NCBI GenBank assembly: GCA_010405405.1
Contig: MU004231.1
Coordinates: forward strand, 2,619,860-2,683,859
From: Microthyrium microscopicum
Lineage: Eukaryota
DNA length: 64,000 nt
Direction of reading: 5' to 3'
Below the pieces are notes generated by a model, which ran no database searches, was not told the origin of the DNA, and saw only the letters and a program-made list of their open reading frames with translations. Below, in pieces: positions 11,647 to 25,620 of this stretch. How positions within the stretch are numbered: position 1 is the first letter of the stretch; every line of letters begins with the position of its first letter. The translations under genes were made by a program, and so were the position numbers.

Positions 11647-14353
11647 TAGGGCTTCACGTAGGACGCCCTTTTGGAGGTACGACATCTACAACGGTCCTAC
11701 TCGATAATTACGGAGTCCTACTATCTACCTTCTAGTAGGACTGAAGCTGATTGGTGTTTTGATAATATGCTAATAGCGCTAAGCCTAAATAGGCAATATT
11801 TTATAAAATATTTAGCTTTAGATTTATTAGTACAGATTCGTTAATTAGTAGCTAGTACTTAGCTCCCTATATTATTACAATACTAGATATTAAAATACTA
11901 TTAATAAATATAATAGTTTTTAACCTTTACTACTATAACTATTAAAGCTAATAATTATATAAAAATTATATTAGCTTGTTCCTCTTTTCTTGCTCTTTAA
12001 CCTAGTAATTAAAAATTTACACTTTGCCTACTTTTTATAATAGTAACCTACCTTTAGAATTTTTATCTTTTACTATTTGTTACTAAACGATTTCTTTACT
12101 AAAAATGCCTTAATTTATTCCTAGATTATAGCATCGTTGTTAGGCTATCTTATATAACTAGATACGTGTTAAGGGCACTATTCTTACTTATTATTCTTAT
12201 AAATACTATAATAAATCCTACTCTAAGTACCTTAGTTAAATAGAGCTCTATAGTATTCGTAAGGGTTAAATTTAACTTACTAAACGCGTTCTCTAGCTAA
12301 ATCTAATATCTCTACTAATTCTATAGCTAAATCTTAGATAATAGTAGGATCTTTAGTATATAAAGTATATCGTTTAAGAGGGCCTACCGCTAAACACCTT
12401 TAATAAAAGCTACTATCTTACTACCTAGAATAATAAGCGTATCTTAGCTAGTTTAGTAGGAATTGCTTACTATATACTACTAAAGAGGAATTAGATCTTA
12501 CCATTAGTAGAAGAAGTTTATTAGTAAGATCTTCTAAAGCTTGAATTACTACTTAATTAGTAGCCTTATCTTAACTTCTATATAGATAAGAGCTCTAATA
12601 GAGTAGGTCACTATATTACTAACTTTAGCGTCGTTATCCCTAGTTTAGGTGCCTTCTTCCTAGAGAATATTAATCTTTATAGAGCTAACGTAAACGTAGT
12701 ATTCCTAGCTAATCTTATAGTAGAATAGCTTACTTATTAAACCATAGGAGATCTTACTTACGTTAACTCTATTAGCTTTAATACGTATATAGTTATACAT
12801 TTTGCTATAGAATTACTTAAAAAGTATAGCGATTAAGTCCTTAGAAACTACTTTTTTATTCTATATAATTCTTACGGTCTTTAGCTTCTTATAAAGAATA
12901 TTCTGACTAAAATCCCTACTCTAGAAGCTATTCTATTAGATATCTAAGAGGTAGCCGTTTGGTTTAAGATAAGGGACCTCTACTTTGCTTAACTTTAAAC
13001 TATTTAACGCTAAAAGCTAAAGAGGTTTTACGCTCTTAGTTTATTAGTTATTATACGATAGGGGACATAATATAGCCTCATTAATTTGATTCTACGTAGC
13101 TAATTAGCTTTAGAGACCTTTGCTTAAACCACTAGAGTTCTAGGATCCATAGTAGCTACTAGGGCTTTAAATAGCATTATTTTTAATTAAATAAAGAGCC
13201 CTAAATTCTAGGCTAAGGTTTAATTTCTCTCTTATATCCTAGAGCCTATTTATATTACTTAGAAAGCTTTAGAGTCCCTATAATACTATTTAGGTCGTAT
13301 AATTAAAGGCTAGATAGTAGTAAGAGCAGAGTAGGCTAATATTACTACCCTCTACTTTAAGATTAAAGATATAAAGTAGATTTAGGCCTCTCTTCTTTAC
13401 TATCTTAATATACGTTTAAAGCTATAGATTACTAATAATAATTACCTAGTATACGCCTTAAATCTAAATACTATTAGTATTAACCTCTCCCTTGTAGCCT
13501 TTAACGCTACTATCGCTACTATAGAAACTTAACTTACTCCCTCTTCTTTAGCTTTAGATAAGACTAAGAAGGAGGCTAAAAAACTACTTAGTAGCGTTGT
13601 AATCTAATTCTACGCGTTTAGGAATTAATAGGGCTACTTCTTAATATCTAACGTCGCTAGTGGTCCTTAGAAGTATAAAGAATTACTAAATTTCTAGGAA
13701 TTAGTTTGTTTTATAGCGCTAGAGCTTACTAAGATCGCTATTAAGTTGTTTAAAATAATCGCCAACTTTATACTATTAGAAAGAGCATTTTTAGCAGTTA
13801 ATTAGGTTTAGAATCCTTAAAGAACGTCTCTCTCGCAAGACTATTACAATAAGCTCGTTTTTAGCTTTATAAATAGCCTAAAGCTTAATAAACTTAGGCT
13901 AATAATACCGTAGATTTACTATTTAGGAATGTAATATTAACTATAGACGTAGTATATACTAAATATAGTAGAAGAAAACGAACTAGATAATATTTTTTTT
14001 AATTAGTTTACTTCTAAACTTACTATTGCTAGTAATAATAAAGAAGAAGAAGTAATAAATACTATTATTAGTAATTAAGATTAGAATACTTAATAGGCGC
14101 TTTAGAACGTACTAGATTTTGAGACATTCTTATAGTAAGAGACGTAGGAATCTAATATAGAATTATAATGTACGTTTATTTATTTCCTTATATTTAATTT
14201 AACTCTAAAAACTCTATCTCAACATAGATAAAAGCAATAAATTCTACGCGTTCAAAAAGATAGTATTTTTGGCTGTTAGGTAGTGAACGCTGATTAGCTA
14301 AAATCGAGCTAACGATAGATCTATCCTACCACCCTACATTTGGTAAAGCACTA
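11647..14353 (-). mobile_element. RIP-degenerated hAT-like DNA transposon (2707 bp) in the CYP51 promoter
   Basis: Perfect 8-bp TSD TATGTAGC (11639-11646 and 14354-14361). TIRs tagggcttcac / gtaaagcacta match 9/11. The interior is TpA-rich and CpA/TpG-depleted. A weak minus-strand remnant ENAFSKLNLTLT near 12260-12295 resembles the hAT dimerisation motif, so the strand call is tentative. Confidence 0.8.
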
Positions 14354-14470
14354 TATGTAGCCCCCATGATTTGATACATTCATGATAGCGTCTCAAAGCT
14401 TATTGCAAGGTTTTCCTTCTTCCTCAAACTCCCTGAGCTCTCTGGCGAGCTCAGCACCCAGTGGTATACA

Positions 14471-16065
14471 ATGGAGTCATTATACTCAAGCTACAAAGAG
14501 CTATCGCTATTCGCCTCCATTCCACTCACCTTCAGCCTGATCATCCTGTCTGCCATTGTTCAGAATGTGATTCGACAAATATACTTCGCAGAACCTCATC
14601 GGCCACCTGTGGTGTTTCATCTCGTTCCCTTGATAGGAAGCACCATTCAGTATGGAATGGATCCATACAAGTTTTATATCGACTGTCGGGCCAAATACGG
14701 CGATTGCTTCACCTTCATTCTCCTTGGAACACCCACGACAGTATTTCTAGGACCCGCGGGAAACAATTTCATTTTAAATGGCAAACACGCAGACTTGAAT
14801 GCCGAAGACATCTATGGCAAACTTACTACTCCAGTCTTCGGCAAGGGCGTGGTATACGACTGTCCGAACGACAAGCTCATGGATCAGAAGAGATTATGCA
14901 AAGAAGGCTTCACAACAGAAGCTCTGCGTGCCTACATCCCCAAGTTTGTCAGCGAAGTCGAAAACTATATCAAATCCTCGCCTCGATTCAAAGGGAAAAC
15001 GTCGGGCGAATGCAATATCACCGAAGTCATGGGCGAAATCACCATCTATACAGCATCCTCGTCATTGCAAGGCAAAGAAGTCCGCTCCAAGTTCGACGAC
15101 ACCTTTGCTGCTCTATACCGACATCTTGATGATGGGTTTCAGCCCATCAACTTCATCGCGCCGTGGCTTCCACTTCCACAGAACCGCCGTCGTGACCACG
15201 CACAGCGCGTTATGGAGAAGCTGTACGCTGGCATTATTTCTCGACGCCGCGAAGAAGGCAACGTGAACGGAGAGACAGACATGATCTGGAAATTGATGGA
15301 TGCCGAATACAAAGATGGCAGTGTGATGCCAGATGTTCACATTGCTCGCCTCATGATTGCGCTGCTTATGGGCGGACAGCACAATACAGCTGCCAGTGGT
15401 GCGTGGATTCTGTTGAATTTGGCACATCGTCCTGAGCTTCTGGAAGAGTTGTATCAGGAGCAGTTATCGGTGCTTGGTAACCCGCTGCCAGAGTTGACTT
15501 GGGAGAGTTTGCAGCGGCTGACATTAAGTGGGCAAGTGATTAAGGAGACGTTGAGAATACATAGCCCGATTCACTCGATTATGCGGCAGGTAAAAAGTCC
15601 GATGCCAGTTCCAGGAACCAGCTTTGTTGTGCCACCATCACATGTATTGCTTGCGTCACCTGGGGTACAGTCACGCTCTGAAGAGTTCTTTCCACGGCCA
15701 TTGGAATGGGATCCGCATCGGTGGGATAAGATCGACGCTGGAGAGAAGGTGGAGGATGGCTCGGCAAAGGTAGATTATGGTTTTGGCATGGTGTCCAAGG
15801 CAGTGAGCAGTCCGTACCTACCTTTTGGTGCTGGACGGCATCGCTGTGTTGGCGAGGCCTATGCCTACGCTCAACTTGGGGCCATCATCGCGACGTTGGT
15901 CAGGCTGCTCAAACTAGAGCAACGTGATCCAAAGACACCTGTACCCGAAACAGATTACTCGGTAAGTTGCATTCTCTGACCTGTAGAGCGAAGTTCTGAC
16001 ATATATAGTCTATGTTTTCAAGACCCATGAATCCCGCAGTGGTTTGGTGGCGTCTTCGACAGTGA
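14471..16065 (+). CDS. CYP51: Sterol 14-alpha-demethylase family P450 (CYP51), CYP51C-like; 2 exons, 515 aa
   Basis: PPVVFH, YGMDPY, LTTPVFGKGVVYDCPN, I-helix LMGGQHNTA, KETLR, heme motif YLPFGAGRHRCVG. Intron 15962-16008 then SMFSRPMNPAVVWWRLRQ*. The ORF is intact. Confidence 0.95.
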
Positions 16066-16187
16066 TAGATCTTCTCTAATTGCCATACTCCGGCACAAAA
16101 AATGAGGCGCGCATGCCCGTCAGCTGCGAGTTGGCACGAAAGATGGCTGTAGGGCCCGCAGAAAGTTCATGAGCCATTGTTTGAAGT

Positions 16188-16402
16188 CAGTCAACCGATG
16201 GACTTGATAAATGGCGTGCCCCCGTCGGCTTCTTTGGTTCCTATCCACTACAACATGGTACCAATTACTTTTTGCCCATCGAGTATTCAAAAGAGGGTAT
16301 GGATTATTGAATACAATGCCAATTACAGACCATGCTCATTATAAGATGCGGTGGTAGACATCGCATCTGTTAGGGGCACGCCGTTTATTATGTCACCTAG
16401 TC
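16188..16402. mobile_element. MITE-like element copy 2 (most degraded)
   Basis: Starts cagtcaacc. Arms gataaatggcgtgccccc and ggggcacgccgtttatta are reverse complements, and the interior shares ttattgaat-caatg-caa-tacag with copy 3. Confidence 0.62.
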
Positions 16403-16535
16403 GTAAGTCGATCAACATTAGTATCAAGTGTGCAAGAGTGATATGAATTTGACCTTTGAAAGGCTACGAGCTTGCTACAAAGGATAGATCAGAAATGAAC
16501 CGACATGGAGTCAATGAACAGGCTGTCAAGGTGTA

Positions 16536-16754
16536 CACTCAACCGCATGGCAAAATAAATGGCGCGCTCCCATTGATTACGATGGCTACCGTCTCTTACC
16601 CTTGACTATCGAGTACTTTATTTGCCATAGAGGGCGTTTATATTTGGCAGTCTTATTGAATGCAATGGCAAGTACAGCACCTCGTACTTAAGAGGTGATG
16701 GGAGCCATCAGCGTTGATGGGAGCACGCCAGTCGATTTCCCGTGTCGTTGACTA
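16536..16754. mobile_element. MITE-like element copy 3
   Basis: Left arm ta|cactcaac...aaaataaatggcgcgctcccattgattacgatggctacc; right arm gggagccatcagcgttgatgggagcacgcca...gttgacta. It aligns by eye with copy 1. Confidence 0.7.
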
Positions 16755-17234
16755 TCTGCTCTAATTCTTAGTGTGGAAATGAAGATGATTAGGTTAACAT
16801 TGACAAGGTTAGCTTATAGTTCCAGATACATTGCCGGTTGATCGGGCGAGAAGGCATTAATGGATTGTTTGCAAGAGGATTGAACTGATAAACGAACAAT
16901 GTATTTCGATGTCGAAAGGTCCCCGACTTCCAGGAAAGCCAAATATATATCAACCTGTGTCAGTGAACAGATTCGAGATCATATTTTCATCAAAAGGATC
17001 ACTATCGCTCAAAATCTTTGCAGAGCTCTTGCTGGCTCTCATTAGCAAAAGTACCATCGTCCAAATCGGTACAGAATCGCCCCTAACCCTCCTCACTGAA
17101 CAGATCCAAAATCATGTTCTGATCAGGAAAAGCCACATCGCCCAACTCAATGCCTTTGTGCTTCTCTCGTTCCTTTAGTGATCTTGAATGCTTCTACAAT
17201 TCCGTTGGAGGAGTGTTCGTCAAGAACCAAATAA

Positions 17235-17874
17235 GGATGACTTCTTCCACCGCTAATTGTCTACCAAGCACTATCGCTCCATCGAAAGCAATAGTAAAAG
17301 CATTGAGCAGAGAAAGTGATGGGAAGAAAGCCCACCAGACCTAGACTCCATTCTCTCCGCTCAAGGTGGTGCGGTTCATACTAACACGGCTTGGGCCCGG
17401 TCGTCGTGGTCGTTTCTCCCAGTCAAAAAGTCTCCGAGTATGAGAGAGCAGCAAGAAGCCCCATAGTCCGCAACGAATCCATTACAGCTCTATGCGGTCT
17501 TCTCAGTAGTCGAGCTTTGTTGCAAATAAAAGCCCCGGTTGATTTCAGCGTGGCTGGCAAGCCGATATTATGGCCACAGCGCTGCGCTACCAAGTCTTGT
17601 ACGTCTAGATAGTGAGTGAATCGCGACAAGATTGCTGGGCAATTTCGAGAAATGGAGACCAGCTCAGAAGGCAAAGCATATCCCACAAGGATAGACCAAT
17701 ATCATCTTCTTTGTCAGTGAGCCCTTCGATATCCATGGCTACCATTGTCGAACTGTTAAGAACCATTTTGGCCATTTCGAGAGTCGTGATAGGTGTGATG
17801 GATTCCCAACGAGAACCTAAGTTTTTGGTATAATGACCTCCAGGTCTTGGACAACCGCGAGTATTGAGCTTCAT
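17235..17874 (-). pseudogene. Disrupted DEDDh 3'-5' exonuclease (QIP-like), possibly with a C-terminal RRM-like remnant
   Basis: ExoI-like VAMDIEG is in one frame. LVGYALPSEL, YLDVQDLV and ExoIII-like PHRAVMDSLRTMGLL are in another frame, with a frameshift or deletion near 17690. Further stops follow downstream. Confidence 0.5.
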
Positions 17875-18842
17875 TTCGGTGTTGATTGTTCAATATGCTT
17901 TTTCTGGCTAGCGACCAGTTGTAGCAGTCAACTGTAGTCGTTCTTGAGACTTGAGCTTTTGAATGTATAGTCTACCGTAGTGAGAAATATGCGCTTCGAA
18001 GCCACGATATGAAGTTGTGGTTGTATGGTAAAATCGTGATAATCCGATATGTTTGAAGAGAAAAGCTACGTCGAAACCATCTCAAAGGACTTTATAGGAC
18101 TTTTAAGAATTCGTGATGTATCCTGAGATCCTCGTAGAACTGTGCGGAGGCTATAAGTTTAGTATGGGATTTTCAAGATCAAAGATATTAACGGCACCAG
18201 ACTTCTACTTAGCCATAATCGAACCAGAGTGAGGCAAGCCAAAGCTACACGTTGTAAACTACTTCGAGACTACCTGCGATCTCCAGCATAATCGGATAAC
18301 TTCTGGTTACTGCGTCTGTATGCTGAGGTCCTAGTTAGGCGGAAGGTTGAAGCGAAACCAGGCCTCGACTTGAAGCAACCCAGCTTCTATCCGTACCACA
18401 CGCTGCAAACTACAACTCACCAACAAAGCCTAGAAAGCCGAAAGACAGCACAAGTAAGCGACTGTACCATATCATTTAGGAGCAAACGAAAACCTATCCC
18501 ATATCGCTATGTCATCAAACCACAATGATAGCCCAATAAAAAAAACCAGCCTTGCGAACCATAGACCCATCAGTACCACACCCACCAAACGACGCCCGCC
18601 TGATAAAAAAAAGGACCAAGTATTAACAAGCAAAGTTTTCGTTTTGATGTATCTGCGCAAGAACCTTTAAGTGCGGTCCGATTTTGTGAACACAACAAAA
18701 GCACATCAAACAACCCGTCTGTCCCATCGAGTCTTTCCCGATCAGTCGACTAGAACGAGAACTGGAAGCCCTTCATATCCGACTCTATTTTGACCGCAAC
18801 GAAGAGATGCTTTCCCCACAATACTTTATATTCACAGTTCCT

Positions 18843-21683
<2,841 letters not shown>

Positions 21684-24262
21684 GACGGTAGAAGCCAAAA
21701 GATGGTGCAGCGGCCCCGCAGGAGCACCAGGACGAGGAGAGCGGCGATAGCGATCAAGGATGGAGGACGCTCAACAGACGGATGGGAGCAGAGGCTTGTA
21801 AGGAAAAGGGAGAAATAGGAATGAGAAGAACAGGCGAGAGAGAATGCTCAGTTGGGCCAGATTGATGCTTGAGAGAGAAGAGTAGAGTAGAGGTTAGAGG
21901 GCTGACTTGGTGGTAGGTGGTAGGTGGAGGGAAGGATGTTGGTGGTTGAGATGCAGTGGATTTGGTCACAGAAGGTGCAGTGCACACCCCCAGGATGGTT
22001 TGAGCAGCAGCGACCAAACAGCCCAGGAGTGCAGGCAGGAGCCAGTGGTTAGCGGTGCAGAGGGGGCAGTCGCGGCATGGGTAATGGGTGTGGGGACTGG
22101 AGTGGACCAAAAAGGGCAGTGGCCACTGACTACTGAGGCTGTGCAGCTCTTTCCCCAATTTTTCGCCTCTCTCTCATAGGTGCATTTCACGCGCGAAGAA
22201 GTCTCTAGACGACATTTGTAAGGATTCATTTCCCTTTTGAGATGGAAGACCTTGAACATTGAATCTCTGCAATTAATCATATGTACGAATCCTACAATCC
22301 CATGGCGGAAGCAAAACCGCGCTGCTGAGCGACAAAGCGACATCGTTTACACCTCATTTACTACTGTATGTACTCTCTACACCCGTCGGCAATATCAAAA
22401 TGCCAAATCATCATTGATTTCAGTTCAAGCCAGCACTTTACAATTCACTGGCTATCTGTGATCTGCTTGCGTCTGTTGCATTGTTGATATGCAGCAACTA
22501 TATTTAGCTCGCGAATATGATACGAGCAAGGCCAGCAATGTAGCGGCAAAGTACCGTACGGCATCTTGATCGCGAACTCCTTTTGTAACTTTAAGATCAA
22601 ATCTACAAGGCACGACCCAAGTCATATCTAGTAATGGGCTTTAAATGATTTACATGGTTTGCTTTCAATCACACCCGTTATTTCTTTATGCCAAGAGAAG
22701 GATTGATACTATGTAAGCTGGTTGTTTCGGCGCTTTTCTCAACAGAGCAGGAGCTCTGTAGGCTGCGACGTTCGCATCCTGGCTATGCCTTGCAATAGGA
22801 AGCGCGTTTGTTTTGTCGAACCTATCATGTTTGTATAATAATTTATATCAGTTTTGGACAGGCATTGAGTCCTTCTGTTCATTCCGGTAAAGGGTATATC
22901 TTTGTACTGTAGGTACTGATTTAGCTAGTATGCCGTCAGAATGCATGTCTATCCGTGGGTGCAGGTGTCTATCAGAATGCTGCTCTTTGAATGATATCTC
23001 TATAATATTGATTTATACAAGCGCTTTGCACAATTGGTGTCCGGTTTTTTGTTCTGACACACCCACTTTCAGTGCATGGACTTGCTTTGTTAACAACGCA
23101 CTTTAACCTAGTTCAGCAACCCTGAACAGTAACGGCGCTTACCTAACCTTCCAAGTCCTTCCTGTGCCACATAATCGCCTGTGGCTGGAGTCCATTCCAT
23201 TCGGACCATTCCGGCTTTCCGTTTACAACATCGCTACTTCTTACCTCTCTCGAATGAGAAACAAATTTTAATAAGCCACCAGCTTCTCGGGCTGTCAAGC
23301 CTTGCTAGATATAAAGACCTTTCTCCTTAGACGCAACTTAACATGCAGCCATTCCGCAATACCGCTATCTCAGTTTTATTACTCAAGAAGAGCTTGAGTG
23401 TTCATGGTCGCTGATGCTACGATGAAGCTACTCTGTCCAACGATGTACTTCGATGAGCGGCAATGTAACGACCAGAGTGCAACCTTAATTATATACCAAA
23501 GACAGTGTGTGGACAAATCTTGAGCGTACACTTTTACGTCACTGTTTTCATCTAAGGCTGTTTGGCGCGACTACATATCAAGCAGGACTCTGCATCGCCA
23601 TTCGATACTGCCGGAGCTCACTAGCTCCAGCTATCTCCGTCCGGGTTCTCGGTGAAGCTGGGAGTTTTATATACATCTGTATAGTGAGACGAGCGCCCCC
23701 TCACCATGGCTAGACTTATTCACGATTTAGAAAGGCATTGCGCACAGTATCGGATGCCGAAATAGCGCTTATTCGTGAGATCTGTAGCTACGGAACGGAA
23801 TGCAGTGTTGGATGGTCCGCAATGGTCCAATCATCTTGTGGTGTATCGGGGCAACACTGAGCTCTTGATTGAAATGCTCACATACGTTTTTGAGTCAGGC
23901 TACATAGTGTGTTTTCAGTTATATTCTACTACAGTATACTAGAAGTTGTGGGATAATTCCATCTTTCATCGCCTGTACTTCTCCTGTTATGCACCAGGTA
24001 GTTTTCTCCTCCACTGCAAACGCTAATTTCTTAACACTACATAGTAGAGATCGACTTTCTATATCAGTCAAGTGGGATCCGCCTTTTAAGACACAGCATA
24101 AATCACACGGATTGTCGACAAAGAGTTCTTTCTCCACAAAAGGCGTGCATCTCGAAAGCGGCTTCACCAAAACTATCATTGGCGTGGTCTCAAGTCTCAC
24201 TTCTCTTCTTTAACTTGTCTGTTCCTTGTTACCCTCAGGGTATTTGAACGCAAGCCCAAACC

Positions 24263-25246
24263 ATGATTTCTAGCACATGTCTTCGTACGTCAGGAGAACA
24301 AAAAAAGTTAGAATTGCTAACTAATGCCATGTAGCAATAACAGATCCCCAGAACCAATGGAGATATTGTCCTTCTGTGGTCGTCGCTCTCATCTTCGGGA
24401 TCCTCTTTCTTGCAGTGACAATAGCTCATATCGCACAATCCTTACGACCATTCCGTCCTTTCTGCATCGTAATTATCATCGGCGCTCTATGGGAGACGGC
24501 GGCGTTCCTCTTTCGCATTCTATCCGCCAAATCCCCGACAAATAAAGCAGCATATGATGCTTCTTTCCTACTGGTCCTGCTGGCGCCAGTCTGCATAAAT
24601 GCATTCGACTACATGATCGTGTCCAGAATTGTCAAAGCGTTCCTCTTGGATGGCCGTGTTCTTGGTCTGAAAAGATCCATCTTGGGAAAGCTATTCGTCT
24701 GCTCTGACCTTGTGTAAGGTTTCTGTCACGTATCTGAGTACACGTCTAACTTGTTTACGAACTAGTTCGTTTGTCATCCAAATTGCTGGCGGTCTCATGT
24801 CCCTGAGCAAGACTACCAAAACTGCCACACATGGTATACACATCGTGGAAGCAGGATTGATTTTTCAGGGTGCTCTGATAATCTATTTTTTCTGCTTAAC
24901 GATTCGGCTCATCATCATATTGAGACATAGCATGCTTCACAATGCAACATACCGCAGGCTTAGGCTTCAAATTAATGCCGTTCAGTTCTCGCTATTACTC
25001 ATCATGGTAGGGCCCCGGCATTCTATTGCATCAAGTCCTCAGTCGCTAATTCGAGTTCTTGTTTAGTATCGCATCATTTACAGACTTGTAGAATTCACGT
25101 CACCTCCAGGGAGCCCGAGATCGAATTACATAGATGGCCATGAGTGGACTGTTTACGTTTTTGATGCGGGCCCTATGTTTCTCGCCATTATAGTCATGAA
25201 TATTTGGCACCCGGGGAATGCTCTAGTTAAGAACAACGAGATTTGA
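24263..25246 (+). CDS. RTA1-like 7-TM protein (lipid-translocating exporter family)
   Basis: WRYCPSVVVALIFGILF...HIAQ, IIGALWETAAFLFR, LLAPVCINAFDYM, FVCSDL-SFVIQIAGG, RIIYRLVEF, HEWTVYVFDAGPMF...NIWHPG. Three introns; the first exon (24263) is inferred from splice signals. Confidence 0.88.
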
Positions 25247-25620
25247 AGGTCTGTGTTCTTCTTTCCAGGAAATTGAGTCTGGAAGCTGTTCGGAAGCCCT
25301 GTGGGTAGGTGCGACGAGATAGGATGATTGATTCACAAGTCACTATTTCGTTAGTATCAAGGCTATTGTACATTACTGTTTTAGTTATTAGTCTCTAATT
25401 GGTTAAATAGTTTATTATAAGCGTAGCGCTTCGAATAGACTATATATAATAATACTTTGCTCCAGTACTACAGGGGGTTACAAGACTTCTTGCAGAAGAG
25501 AGGTTGAACGACGGCACAAGTCCAGGTACTGCACGCAACTCGAACGAGAGGAGCATCAATCCATTTAGGATGATTAATACCAAGTTCCCTGCCATGGATT
25601 CCCTACCAAACAAGATCTCG

